The translations under genes and the position numbers were made by a program. A DNA stretch of 45,323 bases from a virus, in the IMG/VR virus record IMGVR_UViG_3300037714_000078, positions 1-45,323 of that record; one strand, given 5' to 3'. Below the pieces are notes generated by a model, which searched no databases, was not told where the DNA came from, and saw only the letters and a program-made list of their open reading frames with translations. Positions 1-7,711 of this stretch are shown one piece after another. How positions within the stretch are numbered: the stretch's first letter is position 1; each line of letters opens with the position of its first letter.

Positions 1-127
1 CAGCGCCTCGCGCTCGACCTCGGAGTAGGCCTGCTGAGCGTTCTTGATCGGGTCGTCGATGACGAGCACCTTGACCCGGCGGCCGGTCAGCGAGCCGCCA
101 ACGCCACGGGCCAGCAGCCCACCGCCG
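1..127. repeat. terminal direct repeat copy 1 (identical to 45197..45323); assembly overlap of a circular or permuted genome
   Basis: Bases 1-127 match the last 127 bases letter for letter. The repeat lies inside the terL reading frame. Confidence 0.95.
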
Positions 128-537
128 GCGGTCGTCTCCCACTCGGTGACCTGGCCCGAGTCAGGGGCCAGCTGCACGCCGACGTCCTCGGCCTCGCGTC
201 GAGCGTCGCGGCTGAACTTGGTGGCCAGGCTCAGCTCGGAGGAGACCACGGCGGCGTTCCACGTCGGGTGCTGGGCCAGCACGTAGAGCGGCAGAGCCAC
301 CGAGCAGGTCACCGACTTGCCCTGGCCTGGGGGCATGGAGACGACGATGAAGCGGGATTTGCCCCGGCGTACGTCCTCGACCGCGTCGGTCAGGAGCTTC
401 GTCAGGTCGTCGAGGTGGTATCGGTGGTGGTAGGCCCCACCAGTGACGTGCTGGACGATGCTGGGCATGCTCATCGCGTTGTTGGGCCCGCGTCTGGCCC
501 GCGCCGAGTCGACGAGTGCGCTCCAGTCGACGCTCAC
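1..537 (-). CDS. terL: terminase large subunit, N-terminal ATPase part (wraps the junction and continues at 45196->44279; about 484 aa in total)
   Basis: Hand translation gives VSVDWSALV...FIVVSMPPGQGKS (Walker A-like)...GRRVKVLVIDDP (Walker B-like). It is in frame with ORF 44279..45265 through the 127-bp overlap. The GTG start at 537 overlaps the upstream stop (GTGA). The ORF is absent from the track because it runs off the window. Confidence 0.9.
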   Translation of the reverse strand, partial: MSVDWSALVDSARARRGPNNAMSMPSIVQHVTGGAYHHRYHLDDLTKLLTDAVEDVRRGKSRFIVVSMPPGQGKSVTCSVALPLYVLAQHPTWNAAVVSSELSLATKFSRDARREAEDVGVQLAPDSGQVTEWETTAGGGLLARGVGGSLTGRRVKVLVIDDPIKNAQQAYSEVEREAL

Positions 538-704
538 TCGCCGTCACCCCCGTCCCAGACCACCGTGTAGGTCACACTCCCGTCATCGCTCGGAGGGGTC
601 GCGTTGACCACCCGGCCGCTCAGCACGATCCCGTCCTGGAAGGTGATCTCCAGTCGCTCCCCAGGCTTCAGCGGATGGTACGGGCCCGGCATCACGAACG
701 TCAT
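534..704 (-). CDS. hypothetical 56-aa protein translationally coupled between terS and terL
   Basis: Hand translation: MTFVMPGPYHPLKPGERLEITFQDGIVLSGRVVNATPPSDDGSVTYTVVWDGGDGE. The ATG overlaps the terS stop (TGATG) and the stop overlaps the terL GTG (GTGA). G/C-ending codons dominate. It is below the track size cut-off. Confidence 0.6.
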   Translation of the reverse strand: MTFVMPGPYHPLKPGERLEITFQDGIVLSGRVVNATPPSDDGSVTYTVVWDGGDGE

Positions 705-1180
705 CACACCAGCTCCCGCACGAGGAGTTCCTGCTCCAGCACGCCGAACGCCTCGATGCGTGTCTCGCCGTCCAGGTTCAGGTGATCGAAGACGGCCACC
801 ATCGCACCGACGAGGATCCGCTGCTTGGCTTCCTCGACGGCGACCATCCGCGCGCTGATCCGGTCGGCGTGGTCCAGGCCGAGCAGCTTGGAGGTGCGCT
901 CGATGAGCCGGGTCGCGGCCTCCACCGACTTCGGGTCGCCGGCCTGGAGCCCGACCTCGGTGGCCTTCAGGATCCGGTTGATCTGCGCCAGGGCCTCGGC
1001 CATGTGCTCGTCGTAGCTCCGTGTCAGGTTCGCCCGCCAGTGCGTTCGGGACTCGCTGAGGTAGTTGCTCACCGAGGCTTGGCTGATCTCCAGCCTCTCA
1101 GCGATCTCGACCTGGCTGTGCCCGGTCAGATGCAGATCCCCGACCCGTACGGCCAGCAGCGATCGTGTGTCTTCGGCCAT
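704..1180 (-). CDS. terS: terminase small subunit (HTH-containing)
   Basis: The gene sits just upstream of terL. It has the HTH-like segment LTGHSQVEIAERLEISQASVSNYL. The ATG at 1180 lies 9 nt downstream of a GGAGG; the track ORF extends to an alternative ATG at 1204. Confidence 0.75.
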   Translation of the reverse strand: MAEDTRSLLAVRVGDLHLTGHSQVEIAERLEISQASVSNYLSESRTHWRANLTRSYDEHMAEALAQINRILKATEVGLQAGDPKSVEAATRLIERTSKLLGLDHADRISARMVAVEEAKQRILVGAMVAVFDHLNLDGETRIEAFGVLEQELLVRELV

Positions 1181-1290
1181 GTCCGTCCGCCTCCCCTGCT
1201 TCATATCGTCAACCTAAGTTGTCTTTACCGAAATATCGAAGTACGCCTGAAATCTATCATCTCGCGCGTCCCCCGTCGCGAAAAGGGCCT

Positions 1291-1422
1291 CTGACCTGCG
1301 GAAACTCTAGGTGTTGACGCATGTTGACGTATTCCCCCTATGACTCTCTTCACGCACACGCGTAGGAAGTCAAGCGGAAGTACGTCAACATGCGTCAACA
1401 CTTCAGCGTTTCCGCAGGTCAG
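1291..1422. repeat. large imperfect inverted repeat (41/42-nt arms, 49-nt spacer) carrying four TTGACG hexamers
   Basis: The left arm is 1291-1331 (CTGACCTGCGGAAAC-tctag-GTGTTGACGCATGTTGACGTA). The right arm (1381-1422) is its reverse complement apart from a 5/6-nt bubble. The right arm contains the primase stop codon (1419-1421). On the minus strand CCCTTTTC follows shortly after the left arm. Confidence 0.9.
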
Positions 1423-3866
1423 GAGATTGGATCGAAGTCTGTCGATGTGAGGACACAGACCCCTTTACGCACCCTTTTTACCGATCCGTCCAGCCTCGCA
1501 GCCTTCACTGGGAACCCCCGACGATCGAGCTGCTGACCAAACGCCTTCTGGCTGATCGGGTCCACCCGGTTCACCCTCGCCCACCGGACCCACGCCTCGT
1601 ACAGCGGGGCGGTCTCCGACCTCACGTCGGATGCCACCTCGCAGCACTCGTCGATGAACTGGGTCATCACGTCCGAGTCGGCTCGGTACGACTCCGTACG
1701 CGCGACCACCTCAGCAGGCTCGTCGAGCCGGCCCAGCTCCTCGTAGGCCCGCCAGCCCTCCACGGCCCACGTGAGCACCGCGTCAGCCTCCAGCCGAAGC
1801 CGGTCGGGGAGATGTGCGTCCCGCTCCTCAGCCGGGATCACCACGTCGAACGGGACGACCCGCAGCCGCCGCCACACCGCCGGGTCATCACCGCTCACCC
1901 GGGGCAGGTGGTTGGTGACCAGCACGGCCAGGTGCGAGGGCTCGAACTCCACCCAGTCCTGGCGCATCCGCTTAGCGCTGATCTTGTCGCCACCGGTCAG
2001 CCGCTTCATGGTGGCCTCGGCCATCACACGCCCCTTGTCGGACTCCGAGATCACGGCCCAGCGCTTGCCCAGGAGAGCCATCTGCCCGGCCGCCTGACCC
2101 GCCGAGCCCCCGTCCCGTGACAGCAGTAGGTCGGGCTCGGCGATGAGCGAGTAGTCCCCCAGCGTGTGGTCCAGCACCCCGTAGAAGACGCCCTTGCCGT
2201 TCGAGCCCTCCCCGGTCAGGATCGGGAGCACGTGCTCCAGCACCTTGCCGACCAGGCCTAGCCCGGCCAGCCGCTGCAGGAACTCGCGTACGGGGGCCTC
2301 GGGGAGCACCTTCTCCAGGAAGGAGCCCCAGCCCGTCCCCGTCTCCCCAGCGTGGTAGGAGCCGACGGTGATCTTGGTGATCCGGTCGGCCGGCGAGTGG
2401 GGCCGCACCTTCAGGGTGTGCAGATCCAGCGTGCCCGCCGGGGTGTTGAGCAGATACGGGTCAGCATCCAGGTCGGCCACCACAGCGGCCATCGGCTTCA
2501 GCGCCCGAGCCAGCTCCAGGACCCCGCCCTTGGACGTGGCGCTCTCGCACTTGCCGGCGTCCTCCAGCAGCGCCTTGGCGGCCGCCTCCAGCTTCGTACC
2601 CCGGTCATCGCTGGCCCCTTGAGCCTGCTTCATCAGCTCGAAGCCCTCCCGCTTGGCGTCGCGTACCACCGAGAGCACCGCCCGGGTGGCCGCGCCGCTC
2701 TGGTCCTCCAGCCAGCGGGTGCCGGTCCAGGAGTACCACCCGACGCCGTGGACGTACATCAGCCGCCCGCCATACTTCTTGGCGACCCGGTAGGCCATCC
2801 GGGCCTGTCCCCGGTGCAGCGCGTCCATCGAGTCCCAGGCTGGGATCTGCGCCACCTCGGTGAGCACCGAGCCCGCCGGCTCCGGGTCCGCAGCAGCCTC
2901 CGTAGCTGGCGCGGGCAGCGGCTCGGCGAAGGCCACCACGGCCCCACACTCGTGGCAGGGCTCCGCCTCCACGGTGACGACTCGCGGGAGCATCTCGGCC
3001 CACTCCCCCGGCCTCTCACCGGTCGGTCGACGGCTCTCCAGCAGCTCGCCGACCTGGTCCAGCGCCGCCGAGCCCAGACAGCCTGCACGGACGCGCTTGG
3101 CCACGTCGCGGCCCTTCTTGTAGCCCGTCGGGTTCCGCTCCTCCGCACCGGCCAGCTCCCCGAGCCAGCGATCCAGCTCCTCCTTGCCCACGCAGCCGTC
3201 GCGGTGTGCGCTCTCGGCGTGCTCGGCGAGGAACTCCATGACCTCGGTAGACGTCGCCGTGGCGGTCTCCAGGTCGCGCCGCTTGACCTCCACCCCCTCC
3301 ATCCACCGCTCGACGTCCAGCGGGTCACCGGGGCACACCCACGACTCGTACAGGTCGGGGTCGGCGCAGCTCGGCCGCAGCATCAGCCGGCCGCCCTCGT
3401 GGGTGGACCGGTCGAAGTAGTCCGAGCCGATCGCCTCGATGACCACCCGGGCCAGAGCCTCGTACTCGAAGAAGGAGACCTCCCGGCTCAGCGGGATGAT
3501 CAGTCGGTAGCGGTAGGCCCCATCGTGGCTCTCGTCGACCACACGGTGGTTGAACGTGGAGTAGTAGGCGTACGCCATGCCCCGCAGGCCAAGGATCATC
3601 TCCACGACGTCGAGGAAGTTCTCATCGGCGTAGTCGGCGTCCAGCATCAGCGCCCAGCGGGAGAGCACGTTGACGTTGAGCCGGCGCGGCTTGCCGCTCT
3701 CGGGGTCCTTCGCCAGCTCGCCGGTGATGAAGGCCCCGCAGTTCTTCCGGTTTGCCGGATTCTCCACGTCGAGCCAGTCGACGAAGCTGTCCCAGTCGTC
3801 CACCCCCGGTGCCGCTGTCCACTCCCGCACATGCCCGCCCCGTGGTGCGGTGAACAGCGTGATCAT
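1419..3866 (-). CDS. bifunctional primase-polymerase / P4-D5-type SF3 helicase
   Basis: The N-terminus has AEP-like acidic motifs (ALMLDADY, STFNH). The central part is D5_N-like. The C-terminus has Walker A GEGSNGKG and Walker B AVISESD. The start is taken at ATG 3866, which overlaps the upstream stop (ATGA). The Arg-rich extension to 3941 was rejected. Confidence 0.85.
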   Translation of the reverse strand: MITLFTAPRGGHVREWTAAPGVDDWDSFVDWLDVENPANRKNCGAFITGELAKDPESGKPRRLNVNVLSRWALMLDADYADENFLDVVEMILGLRGMAYAYYSTFNHRVVDESHDGAYRYRLIIPLSREVSFFEYEALARVVIEAIGSDYFDRSTHEGGRLMLRPSCADPDLYESWVCPGDPLDVERWMEGVEVKRRDLETATATSTEVMEFLAEHAESAHRDGCVGKEELDRWLGELAGAEERNPTGYKKGRDVAKRVRAGCLGSAALDQVGELLESRRPTGERPGEWAEMLPRVVTVEAEPCHECGAVVAFAEPLPAPATEAAADPEPAGSVLTEVAQIPAWDSMDALHRGQARMAYRVAKKYGGRLMYVHGVGWYSWTGTRWLEDQSGAATRAVLSVVRDAKREGFELMKQAQGASDDRGTKLEAAAKALLEDAGKCESATSKGGVLELARALKPMAAVVADLDADPYLLNTPAGTLDLHTLKVRPHSPADRITKITVGSYHAGETGTGWGSFLEKVLPEAPVREFLQRLAGLGLVGKVLEHVLPILTGEGSNGKGVFYGVLDHTLGDYSLIAEPDLLLSRDGGSAGQAAGQMALLGKRWAVISESDKGRVMAEATMKRLTGGDKISAKRMRQDWVEFEPSHLAVLVTNHLPRVSGDDPAVWRRLRVVPFDVVIPAEERDAHLPDRLRLEADAVLTWAVEGWRAYEELGRLDEPAEVVARTESYRADSDVMTQFIDECCEVASDVRSETAPLYEAWVRWARVNRVDPISQKAFGQQLDRRGFPVKAARLDGSVKRVRKGVCVLTSTDFDPIS

Positions 3867-4087
3867 GCGCTCTCCTGCGAGGGCTCGCTGGTCTGTACCC
3901 CGGCCTCCATCAGTGCGTCGATCTCGTCGCGGTCGTACCATGTCCGTCGGGAGGTCCCGCCGAGCTTGTGGCGGTTCAGTGTCCCGTCTCGGCCCCAGCG
4001 GCGTACAGTGTCTGGTCCCACGCCCATGTACTGGGCGGTCTGCTTCTCACTCAGCCAACGCGGCTCGATCTTTACTTCTCTGGCCAT
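3863..4087 (-). CDS. excisionase/AlpA (MerR-like) family HTH DNA-binding protein
   Basis: 74 aa with LSEKQTAQYMGVGPDTVRRWGRDG, typical of Xis/AlpA-type winged HTH. It is the first gene of the leftward operon. Confidence 0.7.
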   Translation of the reverse strand: MAREVKIEPRWLSEKQTAQYMGVGPDTVRRWGRDGTLNRHKLGGTSRRTWYDRDEIDALMEAGVQTSEPSQESA

Positions 4088-4137
4088 GTGTGGAGACTAG
4101 CATACGACGGTGCGGTGTTCGTGGTACTGTCACCAGC
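4088..4137. promoter_or_regulatory. 50-bp divergent control region between the leftward HTH-primase operon and the rightward early operon
   Basis: Plus strand: extended -10 TGgTACTGT (4122-4130), 7 nt before ATG 4138, with no SD, so leaderless-type. Minus strand: TATGCT (4104..4099), 11 nt before ATG 4087. The -35 elements are weak. Confidence 0.4.
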
Positions 4138-4407
4138 ATGACTTACGACAAGAGCGTGGCCGTTCCGCTCGATCAGATCGCCGAGACGCTGCAGGGAATC
4201 CAGGAGACCTTGCAGGAGGTAAGCGTGGACTCCGGCTGGCACGCTGCGCCACACGGGACGTACATCCTGTCCGAGCATCACCGCGTGATCTCGATGCGTG
4301 TGGTCACTTCAGCCCCCGAGCCGGAGCTCCAGGTGATGACCTACCTGGGCGAGTTCTACGTGGTGAACTCGGAGCAGCCGCTATTCACCACGGGCCTGCC
4401 TCGGTGA
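4138..4407 (+). CDS. hypothetical protein (89 aa)
   Basis: Internal ATG of track ORF 3670..4407, with high GC3. It is the first rightward gene. Confidence 0.65.
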   Translation: MTYDKSVAVPLDQIAETLQGIQETLQEVSVDSGWHAAPHGTYILSEHHRVISMRVVTSAPEPELQVMTYLGEFYVVNSEQPLFTTGLPR

Positions 4408-4679
4408 GAGAGACCACCGTTGAGGAGCACCTGATCGACGGCGTACGCGCTCGGGGCGGGATGTGCATCAAGTGGACCGGATCGGCCGGCGTCCCGGATC
4501 GGCTCATAGTGCTGAGAGCCCGGATGCTCCCCGTTGAGACGAAGGCCCCTGGCGGCCGCCTGCGGCCCGACCAGATTGTGATGCACAAGCGCCTGGCCCA
4601 GCGCGGCGTTCCGGTGGCGGTGCTGTCCTCGACCGACGAGGTGGACGCCTGGCTTGACAGCCTTGACACAGCGTCATAA
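4404..4679 (+). CDS. VRR-NUC domain nuclease
   Basis: GVPDRLIVL...VETKAPGGRLRPDQ fits the PD-(D/E)xK core of the VRR-NUC family. The GTG start overlaps the upstream stop (GTGA). Confidence 0.7.
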   Translation: MRETTVEEHLIDGVRARGGMCIKWTGSAGVPDRLIVLRARMLPVETKAPGGRLRPDQIVMHKRLAQRGVPVAVLSSTDEVDAWLDSLDTAS

Positions 4680-4682
4680 GAT
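4654..4682 (+). promoter_or_regulatory. sigma70-like promoter (TTGACA-17-TAAGAT) with a second TTGACAcagcGTCA motif in the spacer
   Basis: -35 at 4654-4659 and -10 at 4677-4682. The second TTGACA is at 4663-4668. An AAGGAG RBS and ATG 4710 lie downstream. Confidence 0.55.
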
Positions 4683-4709
4683 GGGTCTACGACGACCAAG
4701 GAGAACACG

Positions 4710-4862
4710 ATGAACTACGACCTGTGCCCCACCTGTGACACTGTCCAGCGGATCGAGTCCGACGAGACCGAGCAGACGAAGGACGACCAGACCACCTGGC
4801 GCGTCATCACCCTGGCCTGCGGTCACTCCGTCTCCACCGCGCTGGTGGGTGTCGGAGCGTGA
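4710..4862 (+). CDS. hypothetical 50-aa zinc-ribbon-like protein
   Basis: Hand translation: MNYDLCPTCDTVQRIES...LACGHSV. An AAGGAG lies 7 nt upstream. It is below the track cut-off. Confidence 0.6.
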   Translation: MNYDLCPTCDTVQRIESDETEQTKDDQTTWRVITLACGHSVSTALVGVGA

Positions 4863-5053
4863 TCGTCAAGGTGAAGATGGCTGACGTCCAGCCCGGCGAC
4901 ATGGCCCTACGACGCGGCGGCGACCTTGATGCGCGCCCCGTCGAAGACGTGCTCGGCGGGAAGCCCTTTCTGATCACACTGAAGATCGGCACGATCACCA
5001 CCGACCCGATCCCCGCGCGTTGGTACACATTCACCCGGGAGGTGACAGCGTGA
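4859..5053 (+). CDS. hypothetical protein (64 aa)
   Basis: Track ORF. The GTG overlaps the upstream stop (GTGA). Confidence 0.6.
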   Translation: MIVKVKMADVQPGDMALRRGGDLDARPVEDVLGGKPFLITLKIGTITTDPIPARWYTFTREVTA

Positions 5054-5337
5054 TGAGCCTCCTCCGACGCAAGCTGACCGGCGTACGCCACGACTTCACC
5101 GACCAGCACTGGGGCCACGCCCTGCATCTGGACCGCGTCAAGAACGTGCGCAAGCGGATCCTGTTCGGTAGCCTGCACCACTTCAACCCGGTGCACCGAG
5201 GTGATGAGCTGATCTGGGTCGGCTCCGATGGCAAGCACCGGGTCATCGCCCGAGTGCTCCAGTCCGAACCCGCCGGAACCGTGCACGACATGTACTTCGT
5301 CACCGTCCGGATCACCTCCTGGGAACCGCTGTCATGA
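5053..5337 (+). CDS. hypothetical protein (94 aa)
   Basis: The ATG overlaps the upstream stop (TGATG). It lies within track ORF 5020..5337. Confidence 0.6.
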   Translation: MSLLRRKLTGVRHDFTDQHWGHALHLDRVKNVRKRILFGSLHHFNPVHRGDELIWVGSDGKHRVIARVLQSEPAGTVHDMYFVTVRITSWEPLS

Positions 5338-5672
5338 CCGCCCCGAGAAAGGGCGACCCGATCCACATCGCCGCCCGCTTCCTGCGCCCGCCCGCTGTGC
5401 CCAAGACGGCCGAGGCTTTCGTCCGGATCAACACGGCCTCCGGCTCGGTGGATGTGAAGATCCACCAGAGCGCGATCCTGCACACAGACGGCACACCCGT
5501 CGAGTGGTCGCCGCCGTGCACCTCGATGTTCCTCGTCGAGGGTGAAGGCTTCTACCTCCGGTGCGATTCGACGGACCACCCTGCTGGGGACAACAACCAC
5601 CTGGCCCAGTTCTCCCCGTCGGACGTGCATTGGACCGACGACCACCCCAACGCCGTGAGGATCCAGGGCTGA
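5334..5672 (+). CDS. hypothetical protein (112 aa)
   Basis: Track ORF with an ATGA overlap. Confidence 0.65.
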   Translation: MTAPRKGDPIHIAARFLRPPAVPKTAEAFVRINTASGSVDVKIHQSAILHTDGTPVEWSPPCTSMFLVEGEGFYLRCDSTDHPAGDNNHLAQFSPSDVHWTDDHPNAVRIQG

Positions 5673-6130
5673 TGAGCTTCCAGCAGGGTGACCGCGTGAT
5701 CTATCGCTCGACGTTCGACTGGTCGGAGAACCCCGGGCGAGCCGGGACCTTCGTCGCCGGTCCGGGCATCCATGAGACGGTACCCGGAGACAGCCTGGTG
5801 ATCGGCGATGAGTTCGCCGTGGTCCAGTTCGACGACGGGCCGCCCGGACAGGCCCAGGTGGTCCGGTTGGGCACACTGGCCCCGGAGACCTCCGGTCAGC
5901 GCGCAGAGTTTGAGGAGAAGCTCTTGGACCTCCTCATCGGCTACACCGGGTCGTGGTCTCAGGCGGACGACATCCTTCAGGGGCTGATGAACCAAGGCCC
6001 GCTCGGACGTGTGATCGCCCAGGTCGAGGAGTGGGAGACGCTGGCCGCCCGCCCGCTGAAGAACCCCGCGTGCGACTATGCGGCTACTCATGCCGCACAG
6101 ATCCGGGCCGCGCTGAAGGGCGAGCAGTGA
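5672..6130 (+). CDS. hypothetical protein (152 aa)
   Basis: ATG within track ORF 5561..6130, with a TGATG overlap. Confidence 0.65.
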   Translation: MSFQQGDRVIYRSTFDWSENPGRAGTFVAGPGIHETVPGDSLVIGDEFAVVQFDDGPPGQAQVVRLGTLAPETSGQRAEFEEKLLDLLIGYTGSWSQADDILQGLMNQGPLGRVIAQVEEWETLAARPLKNPACDYAATHAAQIRAALKGEQ

Positions 6131-7488
6131 CTGCCCTCGATAACCTCGACGCACTGCTGAGCCTGGACGAGCGCCTGCACGCCTACCAGGTCCAGGGGGT
6201 CGAGCACCTGTGGGCCAACCCTCGCGCTGGCCTCTGGTTCGAACCGGGGCTGGGGAAGACATCCACTGCGCTGCAGGCGCTGACCCCCGAACATCTCCCC
6301 GTCCTAGTCGTGGCCCCGAAGCGTGTGGCGCAGACGGTATGGCCAGCCGAGACCGAGAAGTGGCGGCCGGACCTGCGCACTGTCGCGGCCGTCGGCACGC
6401 TGAGGCAGCGGATGAAGGCGCTGGAGTCGGGAGCCGACATCGTCGTGATGTCGTGCGACTCACTCGGGGACCTGGCCGGCGGACACGACTTCCGTACGGT
6501 GATCATCGACGAGTCAAGCAAGTTCAAGACCCGGGGCACCAACCGGTGGAGGCACGGCCGCCGGGTGTGCCGTGAGGCCGCCTACGTCTGGGAGCTGACC
6601 GGCACCCCGAGCCCGAACGGGTACATGGACCTCTGGGCTCAGATCTACCTGCTCGACGCCGGAGAGCGCCTCTTCGACGGGATCGGCAAGTACCGCGCCC
6701 GCTGGTTCCGCCCCGGTCTCACCCTGCAGAACGGCACCGTGGCGCGCTACGACCTCGTGCCGGGGGCAAAGGAGGCCATCGAGGAGGCCATCGGTGACAT
6801 CTGCCTCTCCCAGCGCGCAATCAACCACCTGGACCTCCCGCCGGTCACCCACAACGAGATCCTGGTCCCGCTGCCCCCGGCGGCCGCAACGGCGTACGAG
6901 GAACTGCGCAAGGAGCTGACCACGACGGTGGAGGACCAGGACTTCCTGGCTGCCAACGCCGCTGTGGCTACCGCGAAGCTGAGCCAGCTCACCGCCGGGT
7001 TCCTCTACCCGGACAAGGACGACCCCGACGGCGAGACCGTCGACATGCACACCGCCAAGATTCAGGCGCTGAGCGACCTGGTCGACGAGTCCGGATCACC
7101 CGTGCTGGTCGCCTATCGGTTCCGGTGGGAGGTGGAGAAGATGCTGGCCGAGATCCCAGAGGCCGAGATCCTCGACAAGGACGCATCGGTCACGGTGAAG
7201 CGCTGGAACGCCGGGGAGATCCCGGTGCTGCTCGTCCACCCGGCCAGTGCCGGCCACGGCCTGAACCTCCAGGAGGGCGGACACACGATCGTCTGGACAA
7301 CGCCGACGTGGTCCAGCGAGGAGTTCGAGCAGCTCAACGCCCGGCTGGCCCGGCAGGGCCAGGAGCATCCGGTGATCATTCACCACCTGATCGCCGATGT
7401 ACCGAAGTCGGTGGATGCCGCAGCGCTGCGGGCCGTGCACAAGAAGGTGCGGGTCCAAGATGCGCTCAAAGACGTCCTGAAGCGATGA
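6127..7488 (+). CDS. SNF2/RAD54-family DEAD-like helicase
   Basis: Motifs EPGLGKT (I), IIDESSKF (II), LTGTPSPNG (III) and HPASAGHGLNLQ (helicase C). The GTG start overlaps the upstream stop. Confidence 0.88.
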   Translation: MTALDNLDALLSLDERLHAYQVQGVEHLWANPRAGLWFEPGLGKTSTALQALTPEHLPVLVVAPKRVAQTVWPAETEKWRPDLRTVAAVGTLRQRMKALESGADIVVMSCDSLGDLAGGHDFRTVIIDESSKFKTRGTNRWRHGRRVCREAAYVWELTGTPSPNGYMDLWAQIYLLDAGERLFDGIGKYRARWFRPGLTLQNGTVARYDLVPGAKEAIEEAIGDICLSQRAINHLDLPPVTHNEILVPLPPAAATAYEELRKELTTTVEDQDFLAANAAVATAKLSQLTAGFLYPDKDDPDGETVDMHTAKIQALSDLVDESGSPVLVAYRFRWEVEKMLAEIPEAEILDKDASVTVKRWNAGEIPVLLVHPASAGHGLNLQEGGHTIVWTTPTWSSEEFEQLNARLARQGQEHPVIIHHLIADVPKSVDAAALRAVHKKVRVQDALKDVLKR

Positions 7489-7598
7489 TCATCGCTGCGG
7501 TCATCTTCGGTGTGGACGCTGTCCTCACCGGGGTGCTGTGGTGGATGGTGCGCTCGGGATGGATGAGAGATGACCAGAGATACCGGAGGAAGAGATGA
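7485..7598 (+). CDS. small membrane protein (37 aa)
   Basis: MIIAAVIFGVDAVLTGVLWWMV... is one hydrophobic helix. ATGA overlap. Confidence 0.5.
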   Translation: MIIAAVIFGVDAVLTGVLWWMVRSGWMRDDQRYRRKR

Positions 7599-7711
7599 AG
7601 ACGCGATACAAGGTGGCGCACGCCGTCGCCAAGGGCGAGCTGTGCCTGCTGGGGCAGATCCTGCTCCTGCTGAGCCCCAGCCTGCTGCGGACCGTGTGGA
7701 GGCTGCGATGA
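7595..7711 (+). CDS. small hydrophobic protein (38 aa)
   Basis: MKTRYKVAHAVAKGELCLLGQILLLLSPSLLRTVWRLR. There are ATGA overlaps on both sides. Confidence 0.45.
   Translation: MKTRYKVAHAVAKGELCLLGQILLLLSPSLLRTVWRLR

Noticed and set aside
3863-4087. An excisionase-like HTH as evidence for a lysogeny/integration module.
   Set aside because: No integrase, attP core or CI-type repressor ORF was recognisable anywhere in the 45.2 kb. The HTH is more simply an AlpA/Cro-like regulator of the primase operon.
2352-4100. Very long ORFs antisense to or out of frame with the called genes. Examples are 2352..4100(+), 5552..6463(-), 18410..19969(+), 22963..24621(+), 26628..27950(+), 31880..33277(+), 35589..36986(+), 37743..38681(-) and 38883..40040(+).
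   Set aside because: They are Arg/Pro/Gly/Ala-rich shadow frames typical of high-GC DNA. They lack G/C-biased third positions and overlap frames with clear protein motifs and translational coupling.
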